Source of the DNA: Antedon mediterranea
Taxonomy: Eukaryota > Animalia > Echinodermata
Direction: 5' to 3'
Assembly: GCF_964355755.1 (NCBI RefSeq)
Contig: NC_092671.1
Location: forward strand, 38,574,304-38,638,303
Length of the DNA stretch: 64,000 bases
The notes beneath the pieces are model-generated. The model made no database searches and had not been told where the DNA came from. It saw only the letters and a program-made list of their open reading frames with translations. Each line of letters begins with the position of its first letter. Within the stretch, counting starts at the first letter, position 1. The position numbers and the translations under genes were made by a program. Positions 46,108 through 59,784 of this stretch are shown here, in pieces.

Positions 46108-49100
46108 TCAATATCTTCGTCCTCCTCCACCCATGGCACCTCCTCCTCCACCACCACCTCCTCCTCCACTAACTTGTCCGGTACCTCCAGCTGCGGCGCC
46201 TCCAGCACCACCAAAACCACTTCCCATGTTTCCAGCCATATTTCCTGCCATGTTTCCGCCAGCCATGTTTCCGCCAGCCATGTTTCCTCCATATCCGCCG
46301 CCTCCTTGGCCACCACCATATCCTGCAGTCTGCCCACCATACCCTTGCTGTCCACCACCAGCTCCGTAATTTCCTCCAGCTCCACCACTACCATATCCTC
46401 CTCCACCTCCCGTAACAGCCATTGCCCCACCAGTATTGTTTCCATATCCACCTGCTAAAGAAAAAAAAAAAGAAATTTCCTTTTTAAGAATCATTGTAAT
46501 ATATTAATTACTTTGTAAATTGAAACAGTCCTACACAATTTCAGTTTTTGAATTTGTTATTTATACTGGTCAACCTCTTCAGTAAAAAACTATTCTCCCA
46601 GAGGGCCCAGTTATGATCAGTGGCTGTGTGTAGTACACCAGGATCACCCCAACTTGTCTCGATAGATGTACTTTTTAAAGTGCACATGAGCTAGAAGTGT
46701 ACACTGAACCTATCTTAAAAGACTCGTTCTACCACCAGAACCATGGAACGAGTGAGCCTCAAACCCTTGCCGATGTTATGGTTCCACCGTCTTAACCACT
46801 TACTCGCTGGTAAATAGTGACCCAGGGTTACTTACCGGTATTGTATGGTGTACCACCCCTATTCATATACTGTTGACCACCTTTCATTGGTCCGAATCCT
46901 GATTGAGATCCCTGGTAATTTTGACCAAAATTACTGAAGTTGCCTCCACCACCTCCGCCAAAGTTCCCACCAGACATACCTGCATTTCCTGAAGAGTAAA
47001 CAGTTTATAAATTATTTCACAAAAGAGTTGCATTATCACACACATGAGAGAACATTGTAATAGTATACTCATTACAAATAAAATAAGCTTGTTTGTAACA
47101 TACCTTGGTTGAAGTTGCCACCAAAATTACCACCTCCCTGGTTGAAATTACCGTATCCACCACCATAATTACCATAGTTGCCGAAGTTTCCGTTATTTCC
47201 AAAGTTGCCGCCACCGCCAAAATTCCCACCTCCGAAGTTTCCCCCGCCGCCTCCAAAGTTTCCACCGAAATTCCCACCTCCCATATTACCACGACCTCCC
47301 CAATCTAAAGAGAAATATTAGAGTTTTTGTGATGAAGAGGACATGAGAATGGCAAGCCCAAATATCTAAAAGGTAAAAAGCTCTAGCATGAACTACTATC
47401 AGTAATTAAAATCTAGGTCTTTTGTAACCATATGCAACATGGCTCTTATTGTAGTACAATGCTCTAAACTTTTTCCTAATAAGTTCTAAAAAAATTATAA
47501 AAAAAAACTAACTTCCACCACCTTGGTTAAACCCATTTCCGAAGTTTCCTTGATTGAACCCATTGTATCCATAGCCATCTACAAAAAATTTAAAAAATAT
47601 ATAATTAAAAAACTAAAGGACTTGTTCATGTAAAAAGCTATCTACTAGTTTATATTCAAATGCATGTGTTTACAGACTTACAAAAACAATAATGAAAATA
47701 AACAATGATAATATTTTATAAACTTTATATTGTAAACCGATTGTCAATCACCTTTCACCTTTCTGCTGGCGTCGCCCTCTGAATGCTCGGGGCTACTGAA
47801 AATAGCCAAAATGTAGCAAGTAAGTACTTGACAATTGGTTTACCAAAAAGTTAATAAATGTATTAATAAAATATTAATTTGAAACCAGATGAAATTTTTC
47901 AAAAACAAACAGTAATTATTTTAAACGGCAATTTTACACTGTAAAATTGAACATAAGTTAATATGCTGAAGAAACCATGGAGGTATATTTATACCTCGAT
48001 GCCGAAACTTTCCTGGAAACCCTAACAAAAAAAAGTGTTGCTTTTTGATGACTTAAACAACAAAGAAAGATAAAAGCATTGTCTTGCTATGTTAGTTCTA
48101 TAGCAATACAACAAAGAACCATATTAGATAAAGAGTATTGTATTTTTTCAGCAAGTGAAATTAGAGGGTGGTATTTAGAATGACAATAACTCACAATGAG
48201 TGACAAATGCTATTCCGAAAAGCTAATTAAGTTCTGTCTACACTATCAAACTTTATGTGACAAAATAATGTGTATAATACACAATGTCATATCACTACCA
48301 TATTTAGGAATATCACTACCATATTTAGGCATATCACTCGTATTTGGGGACATCAAATAAAGTTTGATAGTGTAGACAGAATTTATTAAAACAGCAATAT
48401 ATTACAACATCAATAGATCTTTGACCTATGCTTTTTTTTTTATCAAATAAAACAAGATGGGGTAAGAGCGAGTCTAAAAAGGTAACAAAATAAAAATATT
48501 TATTAAACAGACTATTTAGTAGATGAAATGCAAGATTCTTGAAAGATGAATAAAGTATTAAATTATTTTAAAACAACATTTCCTTTATGGTTACCTTCCT
48601 CAAGGAGATCAAGATAGGTGGGTGCAACTGCTCCTAAAAGAAAGGTAGTTTGCCTACTCAATACACACTCAGTTAAACACGCACACACCAGTTTTACAGC
48701 ACAGGTTATAACCACCCTTATCTGCCAAGTTCGCGGAGGATTGCCAATTGCCACTCTTGACATGGCAGTGAGAACCAAGAACAGTAGGAGAAAAACCGCC
48801 AAAATACTCAATAAGATTTGTCAAGACTAAGCTAAAGGTGAGAAGAGTGCACCAATTTAAAAAACCGAGAATAATTAAGTTTATTTATAAATAGTTAGCT
48901 TTAAATGTACCTCCTCCTCCTCCTCCTCCGCCGCCACCACCACCACCACCTCTTCCACCGCCACCACGACCTCCATAATCTCCTCCTCCTCCTCCACCAC
49001 CACCTCCTCTTTTATCCATTTCGTCTCTGGGGATGGCTTTCTTTGCCTCTAATCGTTTGTCGCAAACTGTGTGAAATTTCTTAACTGAAAAAAATAAATA

Positions 49101-50578
49101 GGATTTTTAAATATAATCTTATAATAAATTCTGCTATATTTTATCAATTACAAGTCTTAAACTAGTACTCTTCTGAAATGTATCACAACAACTTACTACA
49201 GATTTTGTCAACAACCTGGTCTTGCTCAAATGTCAAGAAAGCGAACCCACGTTTCTTTCCAGATTTCTGCTCAAGTGGAATGTCCACTGACTCGACGGTC
49301 CCGTAATTTGTCTCGAAATATTCCTTTAATTTGTCTTCTGTAATTTCTTGATGCATACCGCCAAGGAAGATCTTCTTGCATGGCCTTTTTTTCCTTGGGT
49401 CTACGCTACATTCCTGTAAACAAAGTTATAATTGTTAAAGTTAACAAAGACTATTAAATTTGGAGGACCAAACTTAAAGCCTTGGCTTAATGCGTCCTCC
49501 TCACACAATTGTTTTTATTAATTTATGTTACTGTTCTATTGTATTGTATTGTATTGTGTGAAACAATAAACTTGAAATGTGATATTTTCCAGTTCTATGC
49601 ATTAACTATTCTACATCATAAATATATATTCTTATAAATTATAGATTCGCAAACACATTTGAGTATCAAAATTTAGTACATCAGGACAATGAGAATAGGT
49701 TTATGGATTGATTATAAACGAATGGTGTGCGAGATTTATATTAAAAAAAATTACCTCTCTTGACACGGCTCTTTTGACTTCAACATCCCTGTTATCTATT
49801 GAGTGACCTGTTGTTTGAAAATCCTCAATGCACTTGTCCACCATGCTACCTTTTTTGAAGGTAGCAAAACCAAATCCGCGAGATCGTTTGGTATCCGTGT
49901 GCCGGATTACGACACAATCTGTTAACTCGCCGTAGGAGCTAAAATACTCCCGTAAGGTCTCATCGCTAGTGTCATAATCAAGCCCTCCGATAAATATCTT
50001 TCGGAGTTGTTCATTTTCTTCTATTTCCTGGTTTAAAAAAAAAGTAATTTAAGCATTGACGCAATATACACAGAGGATCCAGTTAGTTACATACTTATTT
50101 AGCTTTATTAATATTAACTTAATAATACTAGGCCTACCAGTAATAATATATATTATATTATTACAAATATTTAAATTTTATATGTAAAAAAAGTTTTAGG
50201 CTAATTTAATTAAATTTAAGAAGCAGATTGGGCGCAGATTGAGTGGGCCTGAAAATGAACAAACTCTTTCACATAAATTTAGTAGTAGAACTACTACATG
50301 AATACTATTACTACACCTAGGCCTATCCTCACCGCCCATTACTTTACTACAAACCGGACTGTACTTTATTCAGGCCGCGTTTACTACAGACACAAAAGAC
50401 ACAGTACACACATGTGTGTTAAAACGGAATTTACCGGTCCCAAACAATTGTAATAATTCATTGTTTTTAATAATCAACCATATGATAAAAACAATACTAC
50501 CAAAAACTTTAATACATATAGAATCAAATTTAACATTTCAGTTACAATTTTTATAAGAATACTTACGTCTTTTGGCAT
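46108..50578 (-). CDS. hnRNP A/B family (A1/A2/A3-like): 2 RRMs plus Gly-rich low-complexity domain; exons ~50578-50567, 50027-49755, 49413-49197, 49084-48911, 47578-47513, 47304-47104, 46988-46836, 46451-46108
   Basis: MPKD|EIEENEQLRKIFIGGL..TDCVV..TKRSRGFGF; KKIFLGG..GKKRGFAF; GNFGG repeats; C-terminal GGRRY*. Confidence 0.93.
46590..46808 (-). mobile_element. Probable degenerate tRNA-derived SINE in an hnRNP intron
   Basis: Minus strand begins with A-box-like AGTGGTTAAGAC and degenerate B-box-like GGTTTGAG. Confidence 0.4.
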
Positions 50579-51582
50579 GATTATGGATGTATGTATTTTC
50601 TAATATACAGCAACTTGAACGACAAAGACTGGAGAAAGAGAGAAAGACTGACGCCGATTATGCAAAACGCACGCTTTTTAAATATACAAAAGACACATGT
50701 GACCCGATTTTTTCCGAATGAATTACCGAATGGTCGAACTAAAACAAATGAGCATCGAATTCTAATTGCAAATATTCAAGACGCGCTATTTTTATTACGT
50801 CATTTCTTTTCGGTGCTGTGACGTCACTTTTGGCTAAATTCAGACCATGGAGCATGTTCACACATATAACCAAAGATAGTATAACCATGGAGAAATCAGT
50901 TACTCCATGGTATAACAGAGGATAAAATAATACGACTTCTTGATTTATTCATGATTAGGCCTACATTTATATAGGCCTAATAAGAATCGGCTCGCATGTC
51001 ACTTTTGAGTGTGAAACCAGAATATGAAAATAAATATCTCTATTGAGAATGAAAATAATCAAAAATGTATAATGGGGTCACGGGGAAACCATAAAGCTTG
51101 GTTCCCACTAGAACGTAACGCAAGGACGTAAAAACGCATCGCAAGCGTTTTAACCAATGACAAGCGAAGTTATACTATAGACAGTTAGCAATTACAAGCG
51201 AATAAGCCATCGCTTGTGATTGGTCAATTCACTTGCGTTGCGTTACGTCCTAGGCTTGTGTTGTGTCGCTAGAGAGTAGGAACCACGCTTTATTTAATGG
51301 AGTAACTGACTGCATATCATGACAGGGCGCCTTTTCACGGCGTTCAATTAACCAGGGTACCGAATGATGATGTCAACATTATAATAATGATAGGTAAATA
51401 GAACACATGATTATTCAACGTTGATTGGTTGATCGCAAGTCGTGCCATAAATTTATATCAAAGGACAAAGGTGGTTGATATGATATTGTATAATATATTA
51501 GGCAACACAATAAATAACAGTAGCATAACTAGTGGCATAAAAGCGACACTTGGTTGCAGCAACGGAGGAGGGGAATTGAAAG

Positions 51583-54500
51583 ATGTTGGGGTTCGAGCAG
51601 GCATGGACGACGATGACGGACAGGTACACGACCTGGCAGATTGCAGGACCAGGATCTCTTATCCTCCATGAGGTATCAGCAGCAGTTATTGCATAGGCCT
51701 ATATTAATTTTATACATATTAATATTCACGAATATACTGTATACCTCCCGTGCTGTGGTGGTGATACGGTACGTGCTCATCGTTTGGAGGTGTCAAGCGG
51801 TATTTTTTTAGGTGATCCCAGAATTTAATTCATTAATTATTTAATGATTTTCTTAGCAACGTCGTGTCATTTTAATAACTACATTTGTTATTCTATTTAA
51901 TAGATGCTGTATCTGTTAATATGCCTTCCTGGATTCGTATTCCAATTTATACCATATATGCAGAAGTACAAGATACAAAAGGTAGTATTTATTTATGTTA
52001 GGAATATACTGTGTTATCATGGCGGCGCACGTGCCCATCAGGGTCCCAAACCACAAGCTATCTGATTGGTTCAATGTTTAACATGTTTATTACGATGTCG
52101 GTGACTGCGCTGCAAGGTGGTAATTATAATGTCTCTGGTTTTTACAAAAGGCGTGATCCTCGTACAAAACCTAGCTCTGTCTACACTTTTGACAATAAAA
52201 GTGTAATGTGCCCAATTATGGTAGTGATATGCCCAAATATGGTACTGATTGGTTCAATGCTTAACAGTTTATTATGATGTCGGTGACTGCACTGCAAGGT
52301 GGTAATTATAATGTGTCTGTTTTTTTTACAAAAGGCGCGATCCTCGTACAAAACCTAGCTCTGTCTACATTATCCAAACTTAATTGTTTGAAAACAAAAG
52401 TGTGATGTGCCCATGGTTGTGATATACCAAAATATGTTAGTGATATGACATTATCATGTCCATGGGCACATCACATTTTTTTTGTCACAGAAAGTTTGAT
52501 AGTGTAGAAATGGTTGCTCATCAAATCGGATAAAGTCAAAAGTATCATTTCTATCTATTGTCATTTTCATGTTTTGTTTGCATACTTTCTGTTTCTTTTT
52601 CCCCAGATACCAGAAGGGTTTGATTCACAATGGAGGTGTTTCAAACTTCTAATGTTCAACCATTTTTTCATTCAAGCACCCCTCATTTTTGCTACTCACA
52701 TATACACCAGAGCGTTTGACATCGGATACGATTACCAGTCAATGCCAACATGGTATAGTTATATAATTTTTCTATTTTTTATTTTTATTTTTTCCAATCA
52801 GCATAATAGTTAAATACTATATTATGCTGCATGTGCATGTAAAATAAACAATTAAATAAAAAGTTATGATCCTTCAAAACTCCTTTAAAAGATGCATGGT
52901 CCCTCAAAAATGAAAAATGAAGATTAAAAATTTCAGACTTTAAAATAGGCCATTTTGCAGTTATTCACATCTGTTTAAAAAAAAGTAATCTTCGCTTATT
53001 AATAGGCAAAAGGAACGGGTAATTTTAACCAAAAACTATTGTTTGACAAACAATTTTAATATTTTTTGCTTTAAATTTCGAAAAAAAATTATTAAAAAGA
53101 TTAAATAAAAAGTTTACAGTCTGATAAGGTAAGTGCTATCGTTTTTAAATCAATATTTATTTATTTTGGCTCTAGAATTCTTATAATATGGTTAATGAGG
53201 GGGGACCAAATATTTTCAGCTTCACCGTATAATTAATTCTTTTTTTAGGTACTCTCTGCTTCTCCAGTTGTATGCTTGTCTTATCCTGGAAGATACATGG
53301 CACTATTTCTTACATCGTGCGCTCCATCACAAATCTGTTTACAAATACGTACACAAAGTTCATCACAATTACAAGGTAAGTTTTATAATTCAAAGAAAAT
53401 TTTAATAATTGTTTCATCAGCAAAAGTATATGGCCATCACATTGGGCTAACGTAGTTCGAAAGAACATAGCGATACAATTGATACGTGACTGAGAACTTT
53501 GTCTGTAACACAATGGGGATATACCATTACACCAATTAATGTATTCTGTAATTTTTTATAAGCTGAAAGCAAGCAGCAGTTATAGTACTAGAGACTGACT
53601 TTTTGCTAAAATGCATACTCGACTATAATCTGTAGGTCCCAGCTGCTGGACCCAAAAAACGTCTGGGAAAAAAGTCTATGAGGGCTCACGGTTGAACGAT
53701 TTTGGGTTGCATGCCTACAGTTAAGGTTGAGGTCACAGACAAACAGGCTACAGCACATTAAAGTTCAAAATTGACCATAATTTTTAAATGCCATTTTTGA
53801 ATTAGTAGATTAATATTTGTTGGCAAATAATACATTGTTGAAAAGGTAGGCCTACACATGTCTTCTTTCAAATGCTGTGTATACAATTAATAATAACTTT
53901 ATTTGAACAGACGCTTTTAGAACAGCGGCACACGTTTTATGACGGTGCGTTCATAAGTTTAAAGAAAAAGAAAAGGAAATGAATTATACAATAGTTAATT
54001 AACAAATTAAAGTATGAAAATAAACTTTAAGATCAACGAATACAGTAAACACAAATAGTAATTTAAAAAAAAGATTTACAGAGATGTACACCAGTCTTTC
54101 TCTGCAACATTAAATACAATACAGTGAAAATTAATAAACAAAATTATAAAGCAACAATGCAAATTAGCTCTTTTTTAACTCGGATCTTTTTTTCCAGGCA
54201 ACTTTAAGAAAATTCTTACAGTATTTGTCAAATGCTGTCAAGACAGCTTTACTAGGATCCAAGTTAATATCTCCCCCTAAAACTATAGTAGTTTTTTCAT
54301 TAACATCAGCATTTATAAAATGTTCCCATGTTCCAGACTCATCCAAATTTTCAAGGTCATTATTTAGCTTCACTAATTGGATCTCCCTTATAGCATTAAA
54401 AGCTTGGCAATTAAATAAAAAATGTTGTACATTTTCTATTTCACCACTCAGACATATAGTGCAGTGGCCAGATATTTCTTTAGACCATTTACAGGTTCGT

Positions 54501-57500
54501 CCATCTAGAGGTAAAGTGTTGGATCTTAATTTAAATTTTAAGCTTGCACCTGTGAAATTGGTTTTATCAAGAAGATAACTCTCAAGGCTAGGACTTTCTT
54601 TTAGTTTGGAGTAATCTTCAAGGGATGACTTTTGGTTTATATTATTTAACCAATCCAAAGTGTATGCATCTGCAACATGGTCATCTATGGTTTTAACAGA
54701 GAATGAATTAAAAGTATAATTTTCAGTATCAAAAACTTGTTCAAACATATTTAAGTCTTGGCATTTATCTAAAGTTTCTTTACATAAAGCTAAAAAGTTG
54801 TATTTTAATGAATCAAAATCACTGTTGAGTTGAAACATGCAATGGAGTGAAATATTAGGCCATCTATTTACATTCATATTTATAACACGTTTGAGGTATT
54901 TGACTTTAGTAATTTCATGTGTTTTTGATAATGGACTCCATCCTAAATCACCAGGAATTATTTGGCAGGAATTGGCCATTTGTAGCTGTAATTTTTCTAA
55001 ATTGTAAATATCGCTTTTTGAATTACAGTGCCATACACCACATGCATAGTTAATCGAGGGAAGTGCAATTGTTTTCCATAGGATATTCCCGAAATAGACC
55101 CTATTGAAATCATCAAGATTTCCTATTATACCTTTAATATATGCGATTAAACGATTTCCTTTTTGTATAACATGTTGGTAGTGACCATGCTCTTTTTGAT
55201 TTGCACAAATTATTACACCTAGATATTTATAATTGTTTACCTCAGTTATAAATTCATCTCCAATTTTCTATTTTTTATCACGATTGACACGTTTCCCAGT
55301 AACCATTACATTAGATTTGTCATAATTGAAGCTTAACTTCCACTCCTTTGCATATTTCCCTGCAATATCCAGCATTTTTAACATTTCAAATTCATTATTA
55401 GCTAGCAAAACAACATCATCGGCCCAAAAGAGGCCACCCATCCATGAACCATTCATTCTAACTCCTAAATCATTACTACGGAGCATTTTAACAAATTCAT
55501 TTATGAAGATACAAAATAATATTGGGGATAAAACGCATCTCTGTTTTACACCCTTATTTACATTAAATTGATCTGTAAGATCATTCCCCATTCTAACCTT
55601 TGCTTTGACATTACTATACAAACACTTAATGATTCGCCAAACCTTTCCCCTTATTCAGACATCCCACGCTGATTTTAATAGGCCTTCCCGCCACACACTG
55701 TCAAAAGCTTTTCGGAAGTCCAGGAAGGCTAGATATGTATTTTTCCCTTCTTTTGTTCGACATGTTAGAATACTTTTAAGGGTAAAAATATGATCTTCAC
55801 ATCTATGTTGTGATCTAAAGCCTCCCTGGACTTCCGAGAGCAGATCTTCTTTTTCAATGAAACTAGAGATATGCATAGAAATAACTCTGTTAAATATTTT
55901 TGATATACATGAAGTTAGTGAAATACCTCTATAGTTGTTTAAATCTGCTTTGTCCCCTTTTTTAAAGATTGGAACAATTATACTCAAGTTCCATTCACTT
56001 GGGATCTTTTCAATTTGAATCAATTTGTTAAATAACTGCATTAGAGACATTACAATTGCATTACCACCATTTTTAAGAAGTTCGTTCGTAATATTGTCAA
56101 CTCCTGGTGCTTTATTATTTTTTGCAGCCAACAATGCTTCCCGTATTATCTGTAGATCCATTATTATATCTGTTAACAGGTTTTGATTATCATTGTTATT
56201 GTCATGAGTATTGTAAGATCTATTGTACAATTCATTAACTTCTCTGTTTATTAGATAGGAAAAGCAATCTTTATCTGTGTTAGGCTCACCAAGATTTTCC
56301 CAGTATTTTTTAGCATTGTCCAAAATTTCTTTTTTGTCTGTAATAATTTCCCCTGAATCTAAAGATTTAATACAAGTGATACCTGATTTGTGTTTTCCAT
56401 CAGCACTTTTTAAGATATTCCAGAAGTCCCTGCAGGAAGGCCCCCCTTTATTTGCAATTTCAACAGATTTATTAACTCTACTCTCTATAATTTTCCTAGC
56501 AATCAAATTTTTTACGTAGATTCTTTTTTCCTGGTACGTTTGCCATAATGTTTCATTGTGGTTTTTATTCGAACCAGTTTTAGTACTGTATCTATGTTCT
56601 CTTGCAGCTTTTCTTCTCTCCAAAATTGCGGATTTTATTTCATTATCAAACCAATGTTTTTGTTTTTTGTTTATTTGTTTAGTTCCTATGCCTTTCTTTG
56701 CTGCGTCTATTACAATTTTCTTCCAAGAATCCCACAGAATATCTACGTCATTAAATTTTTCTATGTCCCAATTTGCAAAAGCTTCTTGGAGATTTTGCTG
56801 ATAATTTGAGTAGTCCTGTAAGCTTTTTATGTTCCATATATGGTTTTTTGTTTCATTTTTTCTAATTTTAGATTGGCTCATATTGGGTTCTAGTTCTAAT
56901 AATAATTTATTATGGTCACTTCCTGTGCCAAGTTTTCTATCTTCATCTATAATAAATTTAGCAACATAACTAATAATATTTCTTGAACACAACATGTAAT
57001 CGATCGTACTTTTCTGATAACCCCTACACCAAGTTATTGTACCCTCACAAAATATAGTACAATTCAAGATTGTCATATTTGAATCATCTCTGAAATTTAG
57101 TAAACCTTTTCCATTGTTATTAACATCAGGGTCACCATTAGGTATATTATGACCAATGTGACCATTGAAATCGCCCATTATTATAATGGATGAGTCACTG
57201 TCTTTGTTTTCTAGTTGAATAACTTCTGATAAAAGCTGGTTATATAATTCATTAGACTTATCAGTATCAGCCCCATCTACTGGGAAATAAACAACAGATA
57301 TAAATAAAGTACCACAATCATTGAATTTAACTTTAACCCATAGCCTTTCAAAATCGTCATCTTTACACTTAAATACATCATCGTCTAAAATAATAATATT
57401 ATTTGAAATGAATTAACTTGTGCAAAAATGGGCATGTGATTCATAATTAAAGAACTATCTGTGATTTGTATGTATCTTTGCGATTAGAGGACATCTTTTT

Positions 57501-58931
57501 AATAATTAATCATAAATTAATCAAAAGAACAATGATTAATTTTAAAATGTCGAGCGGCGTTTTTGTAAGAAATATTTCTTGTTTATTTTGTAGGCTCCGT
57601 TTGGAATGGTTGCTGAATGTGTCCATCCCGTTGAGACTGTAGGTAGGTTATTGAAATCAAAGCAGCGCGAGGGAAAGAGAGACGTGATGTCCATTTCAGT
57701 CATATCTTCTTTATTCTTAACATGTATATTATGGGGATTTTCAAATCATTGTTTTCATATGTATGACTCATGTGAATAAACACCCGGATAGCTCAGTTGG
57801 TAGAGCGTCGTGGGTTCAAACCCCATGCCGGTCGGTGGAAAAGAGTTAAAGCTATGCGAGCTTCTGTGTTTTGGATTCACAGATTCAAACGTCCCCCTTT
57901 CCACCACACATCATGAGGCAAGTGATTGGTCAAACTTGGTTGTTTTGTATGTATATTTTTATTATTATTATAAGCACCTGAAGATTGAGTTCATACTCAT
58001 GAAACAGCCTGTAGTGCAATAAAATGTTCAGTTGGTAATTTACTAGCGTCTTTATCATTTATTTATATTTGGCTCTACATTTTGTATTGAGCACTTTCGC
58101 TTTCATGATCTGCGTTAAATTTACCACGATTTATATTTTTATTATTATGTAGCGTTTTTAGAAATTTTAACTTGTACTGTCAGTGGCGTAACGGCTATGA
58201 GCACTCACTGGCTGAACCGTCCCGGAGCTTATGGGGGCCCCTGAGCAATGCCCATAGGAAAAAACAGGCATTAAAATATGTTGGAAAAGGCTAAAACACC
58301 CGAAGCCTCCAGCGTTGGACGGACGACCATTTTAGGCTTCCTAAACCATGGGCCTCAGGCCTGTGCGCCACTGTGTACTGTGTGTAATTCCGTAAATTTT
58401 AAGCTGGGACTTCAATGTCTCTTTAGAAGCCCAGATGTTTTTTGCCTAGATAAAAAAGAAAGAGGTGTGTTCCCGGTGTGCCTTGTGAATGAATTGATTT
58501 AAAACATTTGAATTTTTGTTTGCCTTTAAAGTTCTTGGAGTTGGCTTTTTCATCGGACCGCTACTGTTCTGTACTCATCTCATCTTACTCTGGACGTGGG
58601 TCGGAGTTCGTCTATTGGAAGTCATCGACGTTCACAGTGGCTATAATTTGAAATGGAATCCTCTTCATTTGCTGCCATTTTATGGAGGTAATTTAAAATA
58701 TAGAAAAATTGTTCAGTACACGATTCATTTTATTTCGGCCAACTAATTGTTATCTACTATATTTAACCATGATTTGTTTGTTGTCCAATAGGAGCCGAGT
58801 ATCATGATTTCCATCACATGAATTTCCATGGTAACTACGCACCGACGTTTACCTGGTGGGACAGGATTTGTGGTACGCATGTGCCGTACCAGGAGCACAA
58901 GAAGAACAAATTAGCCAATAAACAGAATTAG
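51583..58931 (+). CDS. MSMO1: Methylsterol monooxygenase (sterol C4-methyl oxidase) copy 1; exons ~51583-51672, 51904-51981, 52607-52752, 53249-53375, 57594-57642, 58532-58687, 58792-58931
   Basis: [12 protein letters not shown]; [20 protein letters not shown]; [14 protein letters not shown]; HKVHH; APFGM; IDVHSGY; [18 protein letters not shown] (sterol desaturase His boxes). Confidence 0.93.
53891..57410 (-). mobile_element. 5'-truncated APE-type non-LTR retrotransposon in MSMO1 intron 4; ORF2 broken by stop codons
   Basis: APE motifs GDFNGH, TIDY, GSDH; RT motifs [38 protein letters not shown]; C-terminal CxxC..HFLFNC; AATAAA plus short TTA tail; AATTAA on both sides; in-frame stops at 55655 and 55268. 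Confidence 0.93.
57782..57836 (+). mobile_element. tRNA-derived SINE head / tRNA relic
   Basis: A-box TAGCTCAGTTGG and B-box GGTTCAAACCC present, anticodon arm deleted. Confidence 0.6.
58181..58373. mobile_element. hAT-like MITE with perfect 8-bp TSD
   Basis: TGTACTGT|CAGTGGCG...CGCCACTG|TGTACTGT. Confidence 0.85.
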
Positions 58932-59627
58932 TGCATTATATAATTTAGTGCAATTTAAACTACAGGTTATGTTATGCAAGCCAATAAACCACTGCTAAGT
59001 TTTATGTATAACAATTTGGGATCACTTTAATAATCAATTTCAAAATCAGTGCAATGTTATTAGTAATCAATTTAAAATCCAATCAGTGCAAAGTACTTAG
59101 TAATCGATTTAAGGGCCAATCAGTGCAAACGTAACGTTTACTAGAGACAATTAAATTAAGTCGATCAAGAGATAATCTCTGCTGGATGATACATTATTTA
59201 TATTACAACTCCCTAGTATATATTATGTTTTAAAAAGTTGTGTTGTATTTTATAATGAAACAAGATTGAATATGTTGATTAAATGTGAGAAATACAGTAG
59301 CGATTTTGACGATCCTTTTTCTATAAACAATACTCGTGGAACAATCACATAACATATAAACATTATTATACATCATTTTGGATACAAAGTGTATTTATTC
59401 CTCAATATCCAATAGGCTCTGGAACAATATACACCTAATTGGCGACAGTGGCTTAGACTGCTTTTGTGCTTTCCTGCTTTCCTGGCAGCTAGTGACTATG
59501 ATTTTATATTTTCTTCTTGCGTTGTGTTTGTTTAATTTGTTGATTATTATATTTTGTAAAATGTATCTTTTGCCTGAATAAATAATAATAATAATACATT
59601 TTAGGATGATAGCTTCTAATATTCTAA

Positions 59628-59784
59628 AGCTCTGTCTACACTATCAAATAAAAAAAGTGTGATGTGCCCAAATATGGTAGTGATGTGCCCACATATGGTA
59701 GTGATATGATATGACACCATCATGTTCATATATGAGCACATCACATTTTGTTGTCACATAAAGTTTGATAGTGTAGACAGAGCT
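59628..59784. mobile_element. MITE family A, full copy
   Basis: taa|AGCTCTGTCTACAC...GTGTAGACAGAGCT|tta. Confidence 0.88.

Noticed and set aside
46060-46458. Pro-rich and Ser/Thr-rich plus-strand ORFs
   Set aside because: Antisense shadows of the Gly-rich hnRNP exon
52011-52277. Duplicated [14 protein letters not shown]... (also 60970-61242)
   Set aside because: GTG-started intronic frame running into a MITE; conserved only because of the recent segmental duplication
57782-57836. Functional tRNA gene
   Set aside because: Anticodon arm missing and no complete cloverleaf or T-run terminator
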